A DNA stretch of 63,773 nucleotides, filler included, from Globobulimina sp. (GCA_003354225.1; 30 parts of 30 records of this genome joined end to end with filler, not necessarily neighbours in it), one strand, 5' to 3'. Counted from the first letter of the whole stretch, positions 1-13,927 are shown. Notes: a model not told the origin generated them from the letters alone. Made by a program: numbers and translations.

Positions 1-32
1 AAAAAATTCCTAAGGAAATCTTCGCTGGGTAA

Positions 33-91
33 TATATATATTAGCTGTAATCATATATATTAGCTGTAATCATATATATTAGCTAATCATA
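33..91 (+). repeat. 19-bp tandem repeat, about 3 copies
   Basis: ATATATATTAGCTGTAATC twice plus a shortened third copy. Confidence 0.85.
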
Positions 92-371
92 TGCGTATCT
101 CTTATCGGGAACACTACTGTAGTTAATGTGTTGACTGCACCAAATCATCGGATATTTCATTTATTGATGTCCGTAATATTTTAATACTATGCACCAACCA
201 AAAAACAATAAATCAAGAGGATTTAGGATAAAAGGTCAGTTCCTTACAAATACAATTCAATTCAATTCAATTCAAATTCCATTATCTTTATTCAATTTCA
301 ATTTCAATCCAATTAATTATAAATCCAATTAATATAATTTTGCTTAAATTCATTTAATTGCTTCAATTTGG

Positions 372-460
372 TGAGGAAACCTCAGGATTTGAACCTGAAT
401 CTTCTGGATTTGATCCATACATCACATCACATCCAGTGCTCTGCTTTGAGCTATGCTACA
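372..460 (-). pseudogene. tRNA-like element (pseudo-tRNA or SINE head), copy 1
   Basis: Minus strand: TA-GCTC-AAAGCA-GAGC D arm, CTGGA/TCCAG anticodon stem around an enlarged loop, TCAGG-TTCAAAT-CCTGA T arm; acceptor stem does not pair. Confidence 0.7.
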
Positions 461-524
461 ATCCATAATCCATAATATATATATATATATATATCCAACT
501 CCCTTTTTGCAGATTGCACAGAAT

Positions 525-884
525 CACTATTCTCCCTCCAACTTCAATGCATAAATATCACCGCTGCACATAAAACCAACCAATTCATCAAAAAAACCTT
601 TACCTGCATGTTCTAAAAATATATATGGATTTGAGACTGGTTTCGAACTGAAATGGATTTAAAAGAAACTAATTCATCAAAAAAGCCTCTTCCCTGTTTG
701 TGTTTTTTTGATAATTATGAGAAATTTCGGGAAATAATGAATTAATTAAAGGCTTTTTTTCGATAATTCTAAAGCCTTCGGCGAGAATACGAGCGATGAT
801 TTCATCACTTCTGGCAAACGAATCTGGTTTAATTAATGCTAATGTTGCTTCAAGGTCGACATTTTCTTTTTTTTCGTCTGCCAT
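525..884 (-). CDS. Nucleoside diphosphate kinase-like (NDK5/7 type), disrupted or chimeric
   Basis: EATLALIKPDS...EIIARILAEGFRIIEK, then EHAGKGFFDELVGFMCSGDIYALKL after an AG at about 613; a partial duplicate (QGRGFFDELVSF) lies between, and a stop follows early. Confidence 0.7.
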
Positions 885-997
885 TCTTTATATAAATTTA
901 GACTGAGCAAAGATAAAACAGTTTTTTCTTCCTCACAATTCGCCTCTTCTCTTCCAACCATTTCCAGTATTCGCGTGTTAGATTAATTGATTTAAAG

Positions 998-2001
998 ATG
1001 TTTATATCGACATTGACATTGACAACGATCTTTTATACAACAATTGGCGAATCAACATTTCTCGATGGTGGAGCAAAACCAGATTCGATTCAGTTAAATA
1101 TATCTAAAACAAGGTTGCATGTACAACTGAAACAATATGCTGCACATATTAGCAAATCTACAAATACTGTTTCCATTTGATCTACAGTGGAAACAATTTT
1201 TGTATGTTTTTGTTTTTGTCTGGTCGCTATTAAATATATAACACAAATTATAGGCATCCGGGTGTTGCCGTATTTGAAGCACGACGGCTTTCACATTCTG
1301 ACCCTGGCTGTCAAACAGTGTCTGTGCTGTTACAATCTGATCGATGGGCTGAAGAAACCTCATTTGAATTTGTATACCAAGGTACTGTCGATGTGGTTGC
1401 GTATCAACCAGAAGATTCTATCAACTCTTCCACATTTACGCGATTTGATTATTCGTTGCAAGGTGACCATTGTTATACATTTACCATTTTTGATAATGCG
1501 GGTGATGGTCTATGTTGCGGCTATGGTGGTGAGTATGTTCAAATTGAAATTGATGACACACCAGTATTTAATTCTAATTTCTCGGATGGATTCAATGCAT
1601 CATTTGACTTTTGTTTGGATGCTTGTGCCACCACAGCCGAGCCCACCACCGCCGCTCCGACAGAAAGTAGTGATTCTGATTCTGAAGATGTGTCGTCGGC
1701 AGATAGTGACTCAGGAAAAAGAAAAAAAAAGTCATCGGGAGAGAGTTATTCTGATTCGGGAGATATGGCACTCGCTATTGCAGATAATTATAAATTGGAT
1801 GATGAGGGTAAGGCTGATGATGCTTCTTTGACTGTGTCGCTATATTGGAATGAAAATCAAATATGGATTTTGTATGCAATGTTAATTGTGTTCTTCGGTA
1901 CAAATGGTTTGGTTTTTGTCTATGTTTGTAAAAACAATAAAAATGTGCAAGTATATCATGTCGATGATAACAATGAAGAATTGCCATCTAATAACATTTG
2001 A
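998..2001 (+). CDS. Single-pass surface protein, probably 3 exons including a 14-nt micro-exon
   Basis: N-terminal hydrophobic signal; introns 1121-1187 and 1202-1253 join the frames; EARRL, CYTFTIFDNAGDGLCCGYG module, PT-rich stalk, C-terminal TM helix. Confidence 0.7.
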
Positions 2002-2030
2002 TTTAAATCTATTTGTATTAATTTTACTTA

Positions 2031-2130
2031 NNNNNNNNNNNNNNNNNNNNNNNNNNNNNNNNNNNNNNNNNNNNTTAATTAATTAANNNNNNNNNNNNNN
2101 NNNNNNNNNNNNNNNNNNNNNNNNNNNNNN
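2031..2130. other. Artificial contig linker (first of 29 identical linkers)
   Basis: N44-TTAATTAATTAA-N44 recurs about every 2,130 nt and gives stops in six frames; contigs decrease from 2,030 to 2,027 bp. ORFs ending in XXX...LIN are truncated by it. Confidence 0.99.
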
Positions 2131-4073
2131 ATTCCAATACATCATCTTCGCCAAACTCATAGGATAGCTTACTTTGTGGATTTAGACTCATTGGCAACGA
2201 TATTATTTCTACTCTTTCTCCATTATTGTTGCTTTTATTTATATTAAATTTAAACCCATTCGATTCAAACATATCTATATTATCAATAATTGCAATTTCT
2301 TGTTGCGACGTTAAACCATTTATACGTTTTGGCACAAGTAAGGACTGCGATTTTATTCGATGATTTTTCATCAAATTTTCAAATCGGTATTTTTCATCAG
2401 ATGCATGTTGATCAATTATAAACAAATCATTTCCTAATTTACAAATTATAAAACCTTTATTAAATTGGCCAATTATATCCATATTCACGCAATCATTCTT
2501 ATTAAATATACGTTTCATTTTATCCAATGATAAATCCAATCCATAATCAATCAGATCCTTATCTTTATCTTTATGTTTATCCTTATCCTTATTCTTATCC
2601 TTAGCATCATACACTTTTCTTAATCCAACCAATGCACGAAATGCAGAGATAAATGCAGTTCCATCAATTTCCAATGGCAATGATACTGACTCAGATACTT
2701 CATCTTCTTCCTCTTCATAATTTGTTTCAACTGCTTCAATTGCTTCGTGATCGATTTTGCGCAATTTACGAGCTGGTCCCTCTTCATGTTGATTAGCGTC
2801 AGATTTCCTTTTTCGTTTCCTTGTATTATTAGTATTATTTTTATTTTTATTATTCATATCATTATTCGTATTATTTTTCATATCCTTATTATTATTCGTA
2901 TTATTATTATGGATAGAAATAAAAGAATCCAATGATTTAACAGAATATGACATATTTTCTGCTTCATACAAGTCTTGAAAAAATATAGACAATTTTTCAA
3001 GCAATTTATTTTCATTTTGTATGAATATGCTCCTTTTATTTGGATCAATATTTATATCATATTTATTTGTTAATAATGTCATATTTAATATAATAATCGG
3101 ATATTTGTGTCTATTTATATTTGATTTATATATTCCATTTATCAGTTTCTGTATTTTAGTAATATCAACGGGCCGTTTATTAACATAAAAAAACTGAATA
3201 TCACTTTTTGTTCTTCCATATTCCATCATTTTATTGCTTACAAATCCATTCAAAGTCAGACTGGTATCATCATCTAAATCAATTTTTTCCTCATCAATTT
3301 TATGTAATTTTTGAACAATTTTCCATCCAAATATATTACCAATATTATTTTTAATACATTCGGATTTTGATTTATTATCATTATCATTATTATTATTGTT
3401 GGTTGTATTTAATATTATTTTATTATCATTTCTCACAACAAACCAAACATTTGTTTGTATGATGGCATACGATTGCAATATGGATAATAAATTGCTGTAT
3501 TCTTTTTTAATATTTTTAGTCAAATCTTTAAATCGAACAGGTAATGTTTTAAATAATAAGGATAAGTGAGTTGATGTGCCACTTGGTTTATTATATGGTA
3601 TTTTCTTATTTTTTATTAGCTCACCTTCGCAGTTATAATGTAACTCATATCCAAATACACAGTTTATTGTTTTTGTAGTAATAATTAAGTTATTACCACA
3701 CATTGCTGATAGTGACGATAATGCTTCACCGCGAAAACCAAATGAATTTAGCGACTCCAAATCGGCAAATTGTTGCAATTTTGATGTTGCGTGTTTCTTA
3801 CAAATTGATTCATGATCTACGGCAGCAATACCTGTACCATTATCACTTACTATTATTGAATCTTTTCCGTATTTTTTTAAAATGATATCTATTTTAGTTG
3901 CGCTATGTTGTATTTTGTGTATTTAATTATTTTTTATTCTTATCTACGAAAGAAAAGTATTACCCCGCATCCAAACTATTTTCCACCAATTCTTTAACCG
4001 CAGTGGCTAAGCTGGTGATTACTTGGCTGGCGCATATTCTATGAATTGAACTGGTGCTAAGAGTCTTAATCAT
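2131..4073 (-). CDS. PMS2: MutL-alpha endonuclease subunit PMS2/PMS1, 3' truncated
   Basis: Exon 1 [37 protein letters not shown], short intron, then [33 protein letters not shown] and the [12 protein letters not shown] endonuclease motif. Confidence 0.96.
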
Positions 4074-4260
4074 CTTGACATGGTTTTTGATTATTAATTC
4101 GAAAAACTGTCGCTTTGCTGTGTTTCAAGCTAGACAATAAAATATCGCAATAAATCAGGTNNNNNNNNNNNNNNNNNNNNNNNNNNNNNNNNNNNNNNNN
4201 NNNNTTAATTAATTAANNNNNNNNNNNNNNNNNNNNNNNNNNNNNNNNNNNNNNNNNNNN

Positions 4261-6290
4261 GATTGATTGCATTACTTTGTCAAACATGGATATTGAACAA
4301 GTCATCAATTATCCAGATACCACACAATATGAATGTCCTTACATCTCTTCCAAAGGCAGCAATACTTTGTGTAAAATGGTGAAATTTTTAGCAACTCCGC
4401 CAATGCCAAGCTATTTGTTAGCATTTGTTATCGGAGAATATCACCATTTGGACCACACCCAAATAAATAAAGAACTAACACCAAATGGTGAGATCCTAAA
4501 TTTTACATTGTCAGTTTGGTTCAGATTATCAAGCTCTGCATATTTTCATTCTGCATTAAATTATTCCGTTTCTGCGCTTTTGTGGTTTGAGGATAAGTTT
4601 GAAGTAACATACAATTTAAATAAATTGGACTGTGTAGCCGTTGTTGAGTATGGCGGAGGAATGGAAAATTGGGGATTAATAATATATGGACCAAATGCTT
4701 TATTAATTGATCCGAATATTGACAACAATCCGAGCTCACTGCGTCCCACATTTGGAATTATTGGACACGGTACGTATGTTTTTATTGTTTTATATATGTT
4801 AATATTAATTATTATAATTATAGAAATTGCTCATCAATGGTTTGGAAATGATGTGACATTGCAATGGTGGAATCATTTGTGGATTCAAGAGGGTTTTGCG
4901 AGATACTTTGAATACATTGTTGGTGGTGAATTGCGTCCCGATTTGCCATTTATGTCAACCTTTTATGGTTCTATTTGGGAGGGAGCGTTGAGACGAAGTG
5001 AGTCAATATTTACGGTTGCGGCCATTCGACAAAATGTAGAGACTCAAACAGAAATATTAGGACAATTTGATGGCGCATCAACATACAGCAAAGGAGCGGC
5101 CATTGCAAAGTTTATAAATAATTATATCGGCGATGAGTTATTTTATCATGGATTGAATGAGTTTTTTGTGACATATTATTATTCTCTGTATACAACGGAT
5201 ACGTTTCTGGCTATATTTGATCCACTTATTCACCAAATTGATTCTCAATACAATGACGAACCGATGTTAGCCACAAAAATGTTTGGTTCCTATGTGAAAC
5301 AGGCGGGAATTCCCATTTTATTTGTCAGTTTTGTTGAGGTAAAGAGGGATTCGATAATAATCAGTGTATCTCAGTCAAGAATGGTGTTGGAAGGACCACA
5401 ATTTTATGACAATAACCATACAAATGTAGATAATGTGTATTATGATCCTGTGGTTCGAGAACAATTTGGCAAACAACGGTGGTATATTCCATACCGAATC
5501 GAGTTAGCAAATGGTGAGATTTTACAGCATTTCCCATTCAATACAAGTTTGGTATCCTTTGAGATTGACAGAGTGATTGATAATGGTTTGGAATATTATT
5601 TGTTTAATCCGAATACTGATTTCTTTTTCAGAACTGTCTATGATGACAAATCATTCAATTTTATTCTCGCTTCATTTGAAAAACTATCATATTTATCTCA
5701 ATATAATATTGTCTCTGATCAGTGGAGATTAATGCGTTCAAATTATGTGTCATCAGCATTGTATTTGCGGTTTATTCAAAAAATAGCAACACCGGATCTC
5801 ATAACGGAAGAATATTGGAATTTCTTTTGGAACACAATTATAAATTCACTCACTGAAATTGATAATGTATTGTGTGAATATCACATTATTTCACCAACAA
5901 ATCAAACACTCATCGAATACAGAAAGAATTATCGCTTTTTTGTAAGACGCACTTTGGAGGCACTTTGGAAACATCTCGGTGATGATTGGCATATCGATGA
6001 AGAAGTAATGAGCACAGATTTTATTAATTTGAAACGGAAATTGATCACAACCTTTATACAAATTGGTGATGCGGATATTATTGAAAGTGGATTAAATATT
6101 TTATTGAATTCAAATTATCAAAACAGGAGTTTGTTGCCACAAATATTCATGGCATCCTTTGCCTCCTTAAATGACACCGTGTATGACATAATTATAAATG
6201 ACATATTTCCACAAAGCAGCAGCAATCAACAGAATGCAATCTTGGCTGCCATTGGAATGCTGTATGCTGATGAATATTTGGTGCAAAATG
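4261..6290 (+). CDS. M1 family zinc aminopeptidase (aminopeptidase N-like), partial
   Basis: TPPMPSYLLAF, GGMENWGL; HEIAHQWFGN...WIQEGFA restored by removing intron 4770-4823; YSKGA. Confidence 0.95.
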
Positions 6291-6390
6291 NNNNNNNNNN
6301 NNNNNNNNNNNNNNNNNNNNNNNNNNNNNNNNNNTTAATTAATTAANNNNNNNNNNNNNNNNNNNNNNNNNNNNNNNNNNNNNNNNNNNN

Positions 6391-6906
6391 GCTTTCTTTT
6401 TCTTTTTCTAATCTCTCCAAACTCTCCTTTCTCTGTTCTACTTTTTCTAATTCTTTTTCTTTTTCTTTCTCTTCTTTTTCTTTTTTGTGTTCCTGTTCTT
6501 TTTCCAGCTCTTTCTGTATACTTTGAATTTCTTTGAATTCGTCAAATTGTTTAAATTGCATTTGCTGTTCTTCTCTCATTTTGTGCTGTTCTTCAAATAT
6601 TTTTTGTATTGTCTTATCCATTAACTTACTAGTTTTTGACTGCCGCATTGAAAATCTCTTATCCTCAGAAAGTTGCTCTTCTTCGTTGCTACTCATTTGA
6701 CATGATATAATTTCATCATTTTCGACATCTTCAATTTTAAAAAACAAATCTTCGCCATCCCCTGCAAATAAATCTTCTTTTGTTAATGATATAAACCTTC
6801 TCCGTGTTGGTAATTCCCACTCAATGTTTGAACTTTCCTCATCATCATCATCACTTTCATCCAACCTATTTAGTAAAAACTTCCTTGCATTTGTAGAGGT
6901 GGACAT
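6391..6906 (-). CDS. Hypothetical acidic/coiled-coil protein, truncated
   Basis: Open ORF, E/K-rich; no family recognised. Confidence 0.5.
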
Positions 6907-6941
6907 GTTCAACTTCAAAAATCAAAGCAAGTCAGAGGTTT

Positions 6942-8143
6942 TTACAACATTTTCTTGTCACCGATCATGAATTGCATGGTTGAACTGATGATATAATTTA
7001 AGATTAGAAAGCCGACATAAACTCCACCAATAATCGCAAATAATTGAACAACAAAATGTGAACACGTTTCCTTGATCTCAATATATTCAATGGTTATCCC
7101 GGATGGATTATAACGGAAATTGATTATTGGCGTTTGATACAATTGCTCGCTGACATGACTCGCCACAGTGAATTGGTATCCTTCTTTTTCAATATTCCCA
7201 TTCAGAAACTTATATTTCGAGGATACAATTTTCATAAAATATTCATAACTGATTTTAATACTGCTATAAGTATGCGAGTGACCTGCATGCTGTCTGCGTG
7301 TATATTCGTTTCCGCGTTCAATCTCATTTTGTAATTCCTTTACAAATGACGGTGGAGTTATACTCCTGAATCCATTCAATGGCACAAAAGAGATATAGTC
7401 CTCAAACACGTTGCTGTTTAATAATAAATTATTTATGCTTTTATTGCCAATTTCAAAGTGGTGTATAATATGCGACAAATCAATCGATTTTTTATCACTG
7501 TATTTAGTCCAAACATCCACCAAATCATCGTGAGCGTGGCCAGAAATATGTATATTTCCAGGAATATTATTAACCTCCAAACTGGCCTCAATTCTGCAGC
7601 CTTCGGGAAGCAATATTTTTAGATCTGAATCGCTGATAAATTTACCGTTTCTATTTTGAATGACCTCTGCTTTTTTGTATAACATTGTTTTAATGGGTTC
7701 TGAGCTCATTCTGTGTCGACTGTCAGTGTTATGATAATAGAATAATCTGTGCATAATTACCTTTGCTGGATCGTGGGAAAAAGAAAAGCGACCCAATGCG
7801 TCAGATATATCAACTGCAAAAATTGGACACGCCACATTCGGAATTGTAATATTAATAAATATTGGTATTTTAGCATTGAAATCATAATGATGTGGGGTGT
7901 TGACATGCATTTTACTCTCAATGTCAATGGTTTGGAATTTTATATATTCAGTTATTATCAAATAAAATACTGTCAATGAACAAATGATCGAAACTATGTT
8001 CGGAATGATTGGAACATAAATATTTATTTTCTATGTCATAAACATACACATACGTACATACCAATAGCGCCAGTATTTGTGGATTTGATCAGCTCGCGAT
8101 CCACTTCTCGATAAAAGTCAAATCTACGCAGGAACCGTGACAT
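6942..8143 (-). CDS. ER-Golgi intermediate compartment protein (Erv46/ERGIC family)
   Basis: Exon 1 MSRFLRRFDFYREVDRELIKSTNTGAI, GTATGT intron, NITIPNVAC...VDISDALG, EGCRIEASLEVNNIPGNIHIS, HFVVQLFAIIGGV. Confidence 0.92.
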
Positions 8144-8192
8144 TATGAATAATTAAGCAATAAACACTTTAATAAAAACTTTAAGCAGCAAA

Positions 8193-8420
8193 ATGAATAA
8201 ATTATTTGAAGATAGTTTAACCGTCAAAGTAATTAATGTTTGGTTCACTGAAGAATTTAAAATGAATAATAATGGAGGAATACTAAAAATGTTTCCAAAT
8301 GAATTATATGAAGAGATAGCCAAATATTGCCGAATTATTTGTGTATTAGATTTTCTTTGTGATGCAAATGAGTTGGAAAGATTGGCGAAAGTTTGTGAAT
8401 CAGCAGAGAGATATGAAGAA
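8193..8420 (+). CDS. 14-3-3-like protein with an N-terminal extension, truncated
   Basis: ELERLAKVCESAERYEE resembles 14-3-3 helices 1-2 (LxxxAKLAEQAERYxE); preceded by about 55 extra residues. Confidence 0.55.
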
Positions 8421-8520
8421 NNNNNNNNNNNNNNNNNNNNNNNNNNNNNNNNNNNNNNNNNNNNTTAATTAATTAANNNNNNNNNNNNNNNNNNNNNNNN
8501 NNNNNNNNNNNNNNNNNNNN

Positions 8521-10290
8521 CCAGATACAAACTACGTTATCCAGATATCAGCTGAATGGACTTCTAATATCTTATCTATTTTGCTAACATTTGAAGTGGG
8601 TAATGACATTATCATTGACCACTATAATTTAGAGGATGATTGCGCGCAGATCTTTGATGCCACAAACTTGCAATTAATCGGCATGGATAGTATTTGTATA
8701 TGGAATCAAGAAGCTGACGATAGGTTGGAATTAGTGGTTGATTTAGCTTCCACAGCCAGTATTGCTTTAGATTCGACATTAACAATTTGGGATTATGTGG
8801 TTGAGTCAATTGATATTCCATCGTATAGACCAGAACCAAATATTCTATTGTCCAAAGCTAGCGAAATTGGGGCATGCGATGCTTTGGTATTAGATGCTCG
8901 ATCCAGCACAAACTTAGGTGGGAGGGAAGGGGAATTTATATGGACAGTAACAAATATGGATGACGCTGCAGAAATAGCCACAGTTTATCGTGACAAACAT
9001 GTTATTGTTAACAGTGAATTGTTGACAAACGGAGTAACATATAACATTGAAGTAACTGTAATAAATTGGTATGGAGCACTTGCAAGCTCAGAGTATACTG
9101 TGTACAAATCAAATAATGTGCAGCCAGTGGTTTCATTGCATGGCGTAAGTGAGTATTCACCAAACAACCTCAATTTGAATGGTAATGTACTGATTTCTGG
9201 TGATATTAGATTGCAATCGGAATGCACGGAGACAGAAACAGATGAAATACATTTAGATTATGACATTGCATGGACAGTACAGATGCAGAAAATAAATGTC
9301 GATGACTTTGGTGTGGTTATTGATAGGCTAAAATTTAATTTATTACAAGAACGGTTAGCTGCGTTTTCGAATACAGAGTCATTGGTAATATCTGCTGCTT
9401 TATATCTCCAAAGCGGATTTATTTATGATTTTGCTATGCATTTACAATGTGATCCTGAGGGAGAATATGTATGTGATATTAATGCTGTGCATAATGTTGT
9501 ATATCCATATACAAATATTGAATGTGGTATATTTGGTGGAGATATTTTATTAAATAATGTGAATCCAAACATATTAAGTGATATTCATCTTATTTTAAAT
9601 GGTGATGTATTGACGTATGACCCTGAGCTGATGGATGGGGATCATTCTTCCTTACAATGGACATGGGACTGTGTGCAGGATGGCAATGGCGAATTGTATA
9701 TGGATTTATTGTCTGAAGCAGATGCTGCATCGATACAAAATATAGATTTGAGCGCAGTGAATAATACTGATTATGCATCCACGTATTCGTATGTGATAAC
9801 CATGACTGTCTCTGATGATAGTAATGTACATAGAAACGCTTGCGTTGATACAGTGTCGTTGACTGTGAACACTGCAGTTTCGGATATTACAACAGATGCA
9901 AATACATTGATTATCGCAGCAACAGCAATATCAAGCACTGTGAATGTAAATGATGAATTGAGAATATTTGGATATGTAACATTTGCCACGGATACAAATA
10001 ATGAGGATGTTATATATGAATATAAATGGAAGGAAGTGAATGGTTTGTTGAGCCAACACGAACTAGAACCATATCAACAAAAGAATTTGATTTTAGACCC
10101 AAATGTTTTGATGCAAGGCAAAATATATAGCTTTCAATTGGCAGTGACACGAACAACATTGAATGGGGTAACAGTTGGATATGGAGAATCAAATATTGTT
10201 TTGGTTTCTGTTAATAATGCTCCGATGATTGTTGCTGACTCATTTATGCTGGATCCAATATGTTCAAATCAATTTGATGAACATTCTCAT
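8521..10290 (+). CDS. REJ/PKD1-like large extracellular protein, internal fragment
   Basis: LVLDARSSTNLGGR, LILNGDVLTYDP, WTWDC, LILDPNVL...YSFQL, VNNAP: REJ-type beta-sandwich repeats. Confidence 0.75.
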
Positions 10291-10299
10291 CACGCGTGC

Positions 10300-10550
10300 T
10301 AAAGAACACTTGTTTCCATACTTGCTTGCCTGTCTTCTTGCATACTCGATAAACGATTTTAAATTCCTTGTATAAAACATACGGCGATTCTTTACTATTG
10401 ATTCCCATATAGCGGAAGTTTCGAGAATCATATTCTCAGGCGCATGAAGCATGTCCATAGCTACGGTTTGCCCATCACACGCCAATTTCAAAAAATAGTG
10501 GAGTGAATATATTTCTTCATCAATGTCATCTGAATTATCGTTATGATATT
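10300..10550 (-). CDS. Prokaryotic/phage nucleotidyltransferase fragment (T4 NrdC.11-like)
   Basis: DDIDEEIYSLHYFLKLACDGQTVAMDMLHAP...NRRMFYTRNLKSFIEYARRQASKYG matches this family as I recall it; fused tail-to-tail to the REJ gene. Confidence 0.75.
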
Positions 10551-10650
10551 NNNNNNNNNNNNNNNNNNNNNNNNNNNNNNNNNNNNNNNNNNNNTTAATT
10601 AATTAANNNNNNNNNNNNNNNNNNNNNNNNNNNNNNNNNNNNNNNNNNNN

Positions 10651-12680
10651 AGTTTCACAAATCAGCCATTGACATCAGGCCTCTTTACTCCTTTTCAAAA
10701 TGAAATAGCAACAAAGGAGAATGATCCATATTGCTCTGAAGGTGTTGTTGTTGACCCATTGTTGTTGAAACAAGAATTAGTTAAACATTTATACGAAGAC
10801 AATCAAATGGTAACAACTCGCTATTTCTCAGCAATTTTAATTCAAAACAATGATGAATCGACTTTTTTTCTGCAAGAGATATCCAGACAAGAGCTACGGA
10901 ATGAATTTGTAGATGAATTTGAGTTCAATCAACTGAGAGCAGAAAATGGTTTAACGTTTCAAAGTAAACATAAATTCCGCTTCTTTGAACGAAGTATAAA
11001 TAAGGTATATATTTGACATTATATACTATTAATACATCAAGTGTCTGTTGTTAAAAAACAAAGGATTGTCCGTTGGGATTAATTCTCCCCATTAATGACG
11101 ATACATTCTGTATGGAATGGGGTATGTGGATGAAAAAAAGGATCGCAAAATTCCCCAAAACCAAAGGATATTGGAAGATATTGAATAAATATGATACAAA
11201 TTATGTGCCCTTTGATCATTTAAATGCAATATTAATGCTGCTAAGACATAATGCCTTGACAAGTATGGATAACACGCAGCAAACAATTAAAATTGCATTT
11301 TTTGCAAATTGTTTGGTACCGAATAAGAATAAATTTACAGAGCAGGATATTTGCGCTGAATATGTGCTTTCATTTTGGAACAAACGAAAACAACAGAATG
11401 AGACTGCTGCGTTGGCGCTGAACATATTAAAATCAACTGATTCAAAGATGAAAATTAAGCCACACCGACATTATTTTTTTATGCATTTTAACTTTGATGA
11501 GAATGTGGACTGGTTATGGTACAATGACATCGATGCAAAATCAAAATATGAATCTTATGCAACATTGGGGAATGAGCAATTGTTAAAACAGTTAGAATGT
11601 ACATACCAAGCACTGATTGAGTTCCCTTTTGATGATGAAAGGTTTCAGAAACAAAACCAAACTGAAAAACGATTGTTTAATTCCGCACAATTAACGCAAT
11701 TATCTGAGGCTATCCATCGCAAATTAAACCATTCATTTATACCATATGTATTACGATTTAGTTTTGATTCAACAAATATAACAAATATGGAGCAGTTTGC
11801 ATTGGAAGGTGTGGATGATGAGTTTCCTCGGAATGTTAAAAGACGCGTAAATGGACTGAATTGTGTGTTTGAACAACAGCAAAGAATATGTGATATGGGT
11901 ATGTTGATGGTACAGTTAACAAGCAAATATATAGATGTTTGTGTCAGATTTGACAAAAATGTGGCGAACGGCGTTGAAAAAACGTTTGATTTTGCATGCA
12001 GTATACCGGTGATTGAAGAAAATAGATTTGTGAGACTGGTGACTTATTGGCGGAAAGATAGTTTATTTGATATTGATACGACACAAAGTAAATTACAAAT
12101 TATGCAATCAAAAATGTCTTGGGATGACGGCATTGCTCCAAATTTAAAAGTTGTCAAAGATCAACCAGTAAAACCATCGTTTTCCAATGGTTTTTATAGT
12201 AATTATTTGGAGCAGCATATGCATGATGAAATATTTCCAGATTATGACGGAGACAGCAAAACATTTTATGACTTGCAGCAAAATGGAAAATGTTCATTGA
12301 CCAGTAACGAATGGGATATTTTTGACGAATTAGATACATATAAAACAAATGTACCGTTAACAGATGATTCAAAACAAGCGTTGTTATTTGATGTATGGAG
12401 AGAACAACATTCGTCACATTTATTTGAGAAGTTGTTTGAAACGATTTGTTTGACAAAAGTTCAAACAATAATAGCAATGTTAAAGTTACATCCAAGTCAC
12501 AAACCAATTATTATCGCATTATCCAATGAAAAAATGTATGACAATTATTTTAGTCCAAGGTCAATTACAGAGACACAGTGTGACAGTAAGTCATTGACAC
12601 ATATTTTTGATGAAAATGGAAGTATCAAAAGAATTGACAGTAAAGGAAATATTCATAACATCACAATTTCAAATTTTACT
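10651..12680 (+). CDS. Hypothetical protein, 2 exons, partial
   Basis: ORFs 10669-11016 and 11073-12680 separated by a GTATAT...AG intron starting about 11005. Confidence 0.7.
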
Positions 12681-12780
12681 NNNNNNNNNNNNNNNNNNNN
12701 NNNNNNNNNNNNNNNNNNNNNNNNTTAATTAATTAANNNNNNNNNNNNNNNNNNNNNNNNNNNNNNNNNNNNNNNNNNNN

Positions 12781-13740
12781 CACAATTGGGCTTAGCTTCA
12801 TTGCTAATAATTTCCTTCCGTATTTTTGTAATTTTTCCGCTTTCCAATAATTATCAGAGCAGCCTTTTCTGAATCGATCGATCGCAATATAACAAATAGC
12901 GTTTTTCTCGTCCATTAAATCCGCAATAAGCTTCCAACGGATAATGATAATGCGACATTGTAAAGGTTATAAAGCAGATAATTCCCAAAATAGAATCTTA
13001 TTCATATTTTTATAAGTCATTGCAGCTGTACATATTTCCTATTCATTTAAAATAGCATACCAATCATCAAATATTCCAAAGGTGGTTTGATCTGACTCTG
13101 ACTCTTGAGATATCCGATTGACTGTAATAATTAGTCTCCATATTGACAAACATAATGCAAGTGACGAATAGCCCACTTTCATACACATTAACTCATGCAT
13201 TTCGCTGTTAAAATTAATTAAATCGAATACTGCATAGATTTATCCACTGGATACTTAATTCTATAAATTCATTCAACATAAAAATAAATCAACAAATGAG
13301 ATGAGAGGGTAAATGTCATTTGGAATTTAATTATATTTTTACATAATTCCTGATGTAACCACATACAGTAAATAATATACTACGATGATCTTGATCTTTG
13401 TCTAACGTTTTAAGCTCTTACACAATGCTCTTGACTGTTCTCTGTTCTCTGTACATGATATTTGACATACATTTGTTATTGGTATTATACTCAGTGTCAG
13501 ATCATATTTATATTTTTCATCTTGTCGTGATTGAGTGCATAAATGCTTTCCAAAATATGATATGAACCATTGATTTTAATATACCAAGCTCCAAGAATTG
13601 TAAATGTAATTCATGACAGGTTGCAATTATAGAAAGTGTTTGCAATGCATCAGATCGCGCATTTTTATCGCTTGATTCAACTAAATTTGTTATTCGTTTT
13701 ATATGTTTCGAAAAGGCTGCAAATGTTTATTATTTTGAAT
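12781..13740 (-). pseudogene. Degenerate ARM/HEAT-repeat-like coding remnant
   Basis: Fragments such as IKRITNLVESSDKNARSDALQTLSIIA...LELGILKSMVHII interrupted by stops and frameshifts. Confidence 0.35.
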
Positions 13741-13927
13741 ATGATACCAATTTTGCGCAATATTGTAATAATATCTTGCAGCACGGGATAAGGAATTGTC
13801 ATGTTGCATTTTTACAATTAATTAGAAATAAATTCTATTTTTGTGCTGGCATTCTCTTTTTAATTATTGCAGTCATTTTCAACATCCCACATTCAGTCAT
13901 TTTCCGAACTTGTCAGTCGCATCCACA

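Noticed and set aside
372-460. Functional tRNA gene
   Set aside because: The acceptor stem cannot pair and the anticodon loop is non-canonical; reported as a tRNA-derived element instead.
1169-1187. 19-nt GT-AG mini-intron like those of nucleomorphs
   Set aside because: A 67-nt intron from 1121 to the same acceptor restores the frame and fits the size range seen elsewhere.
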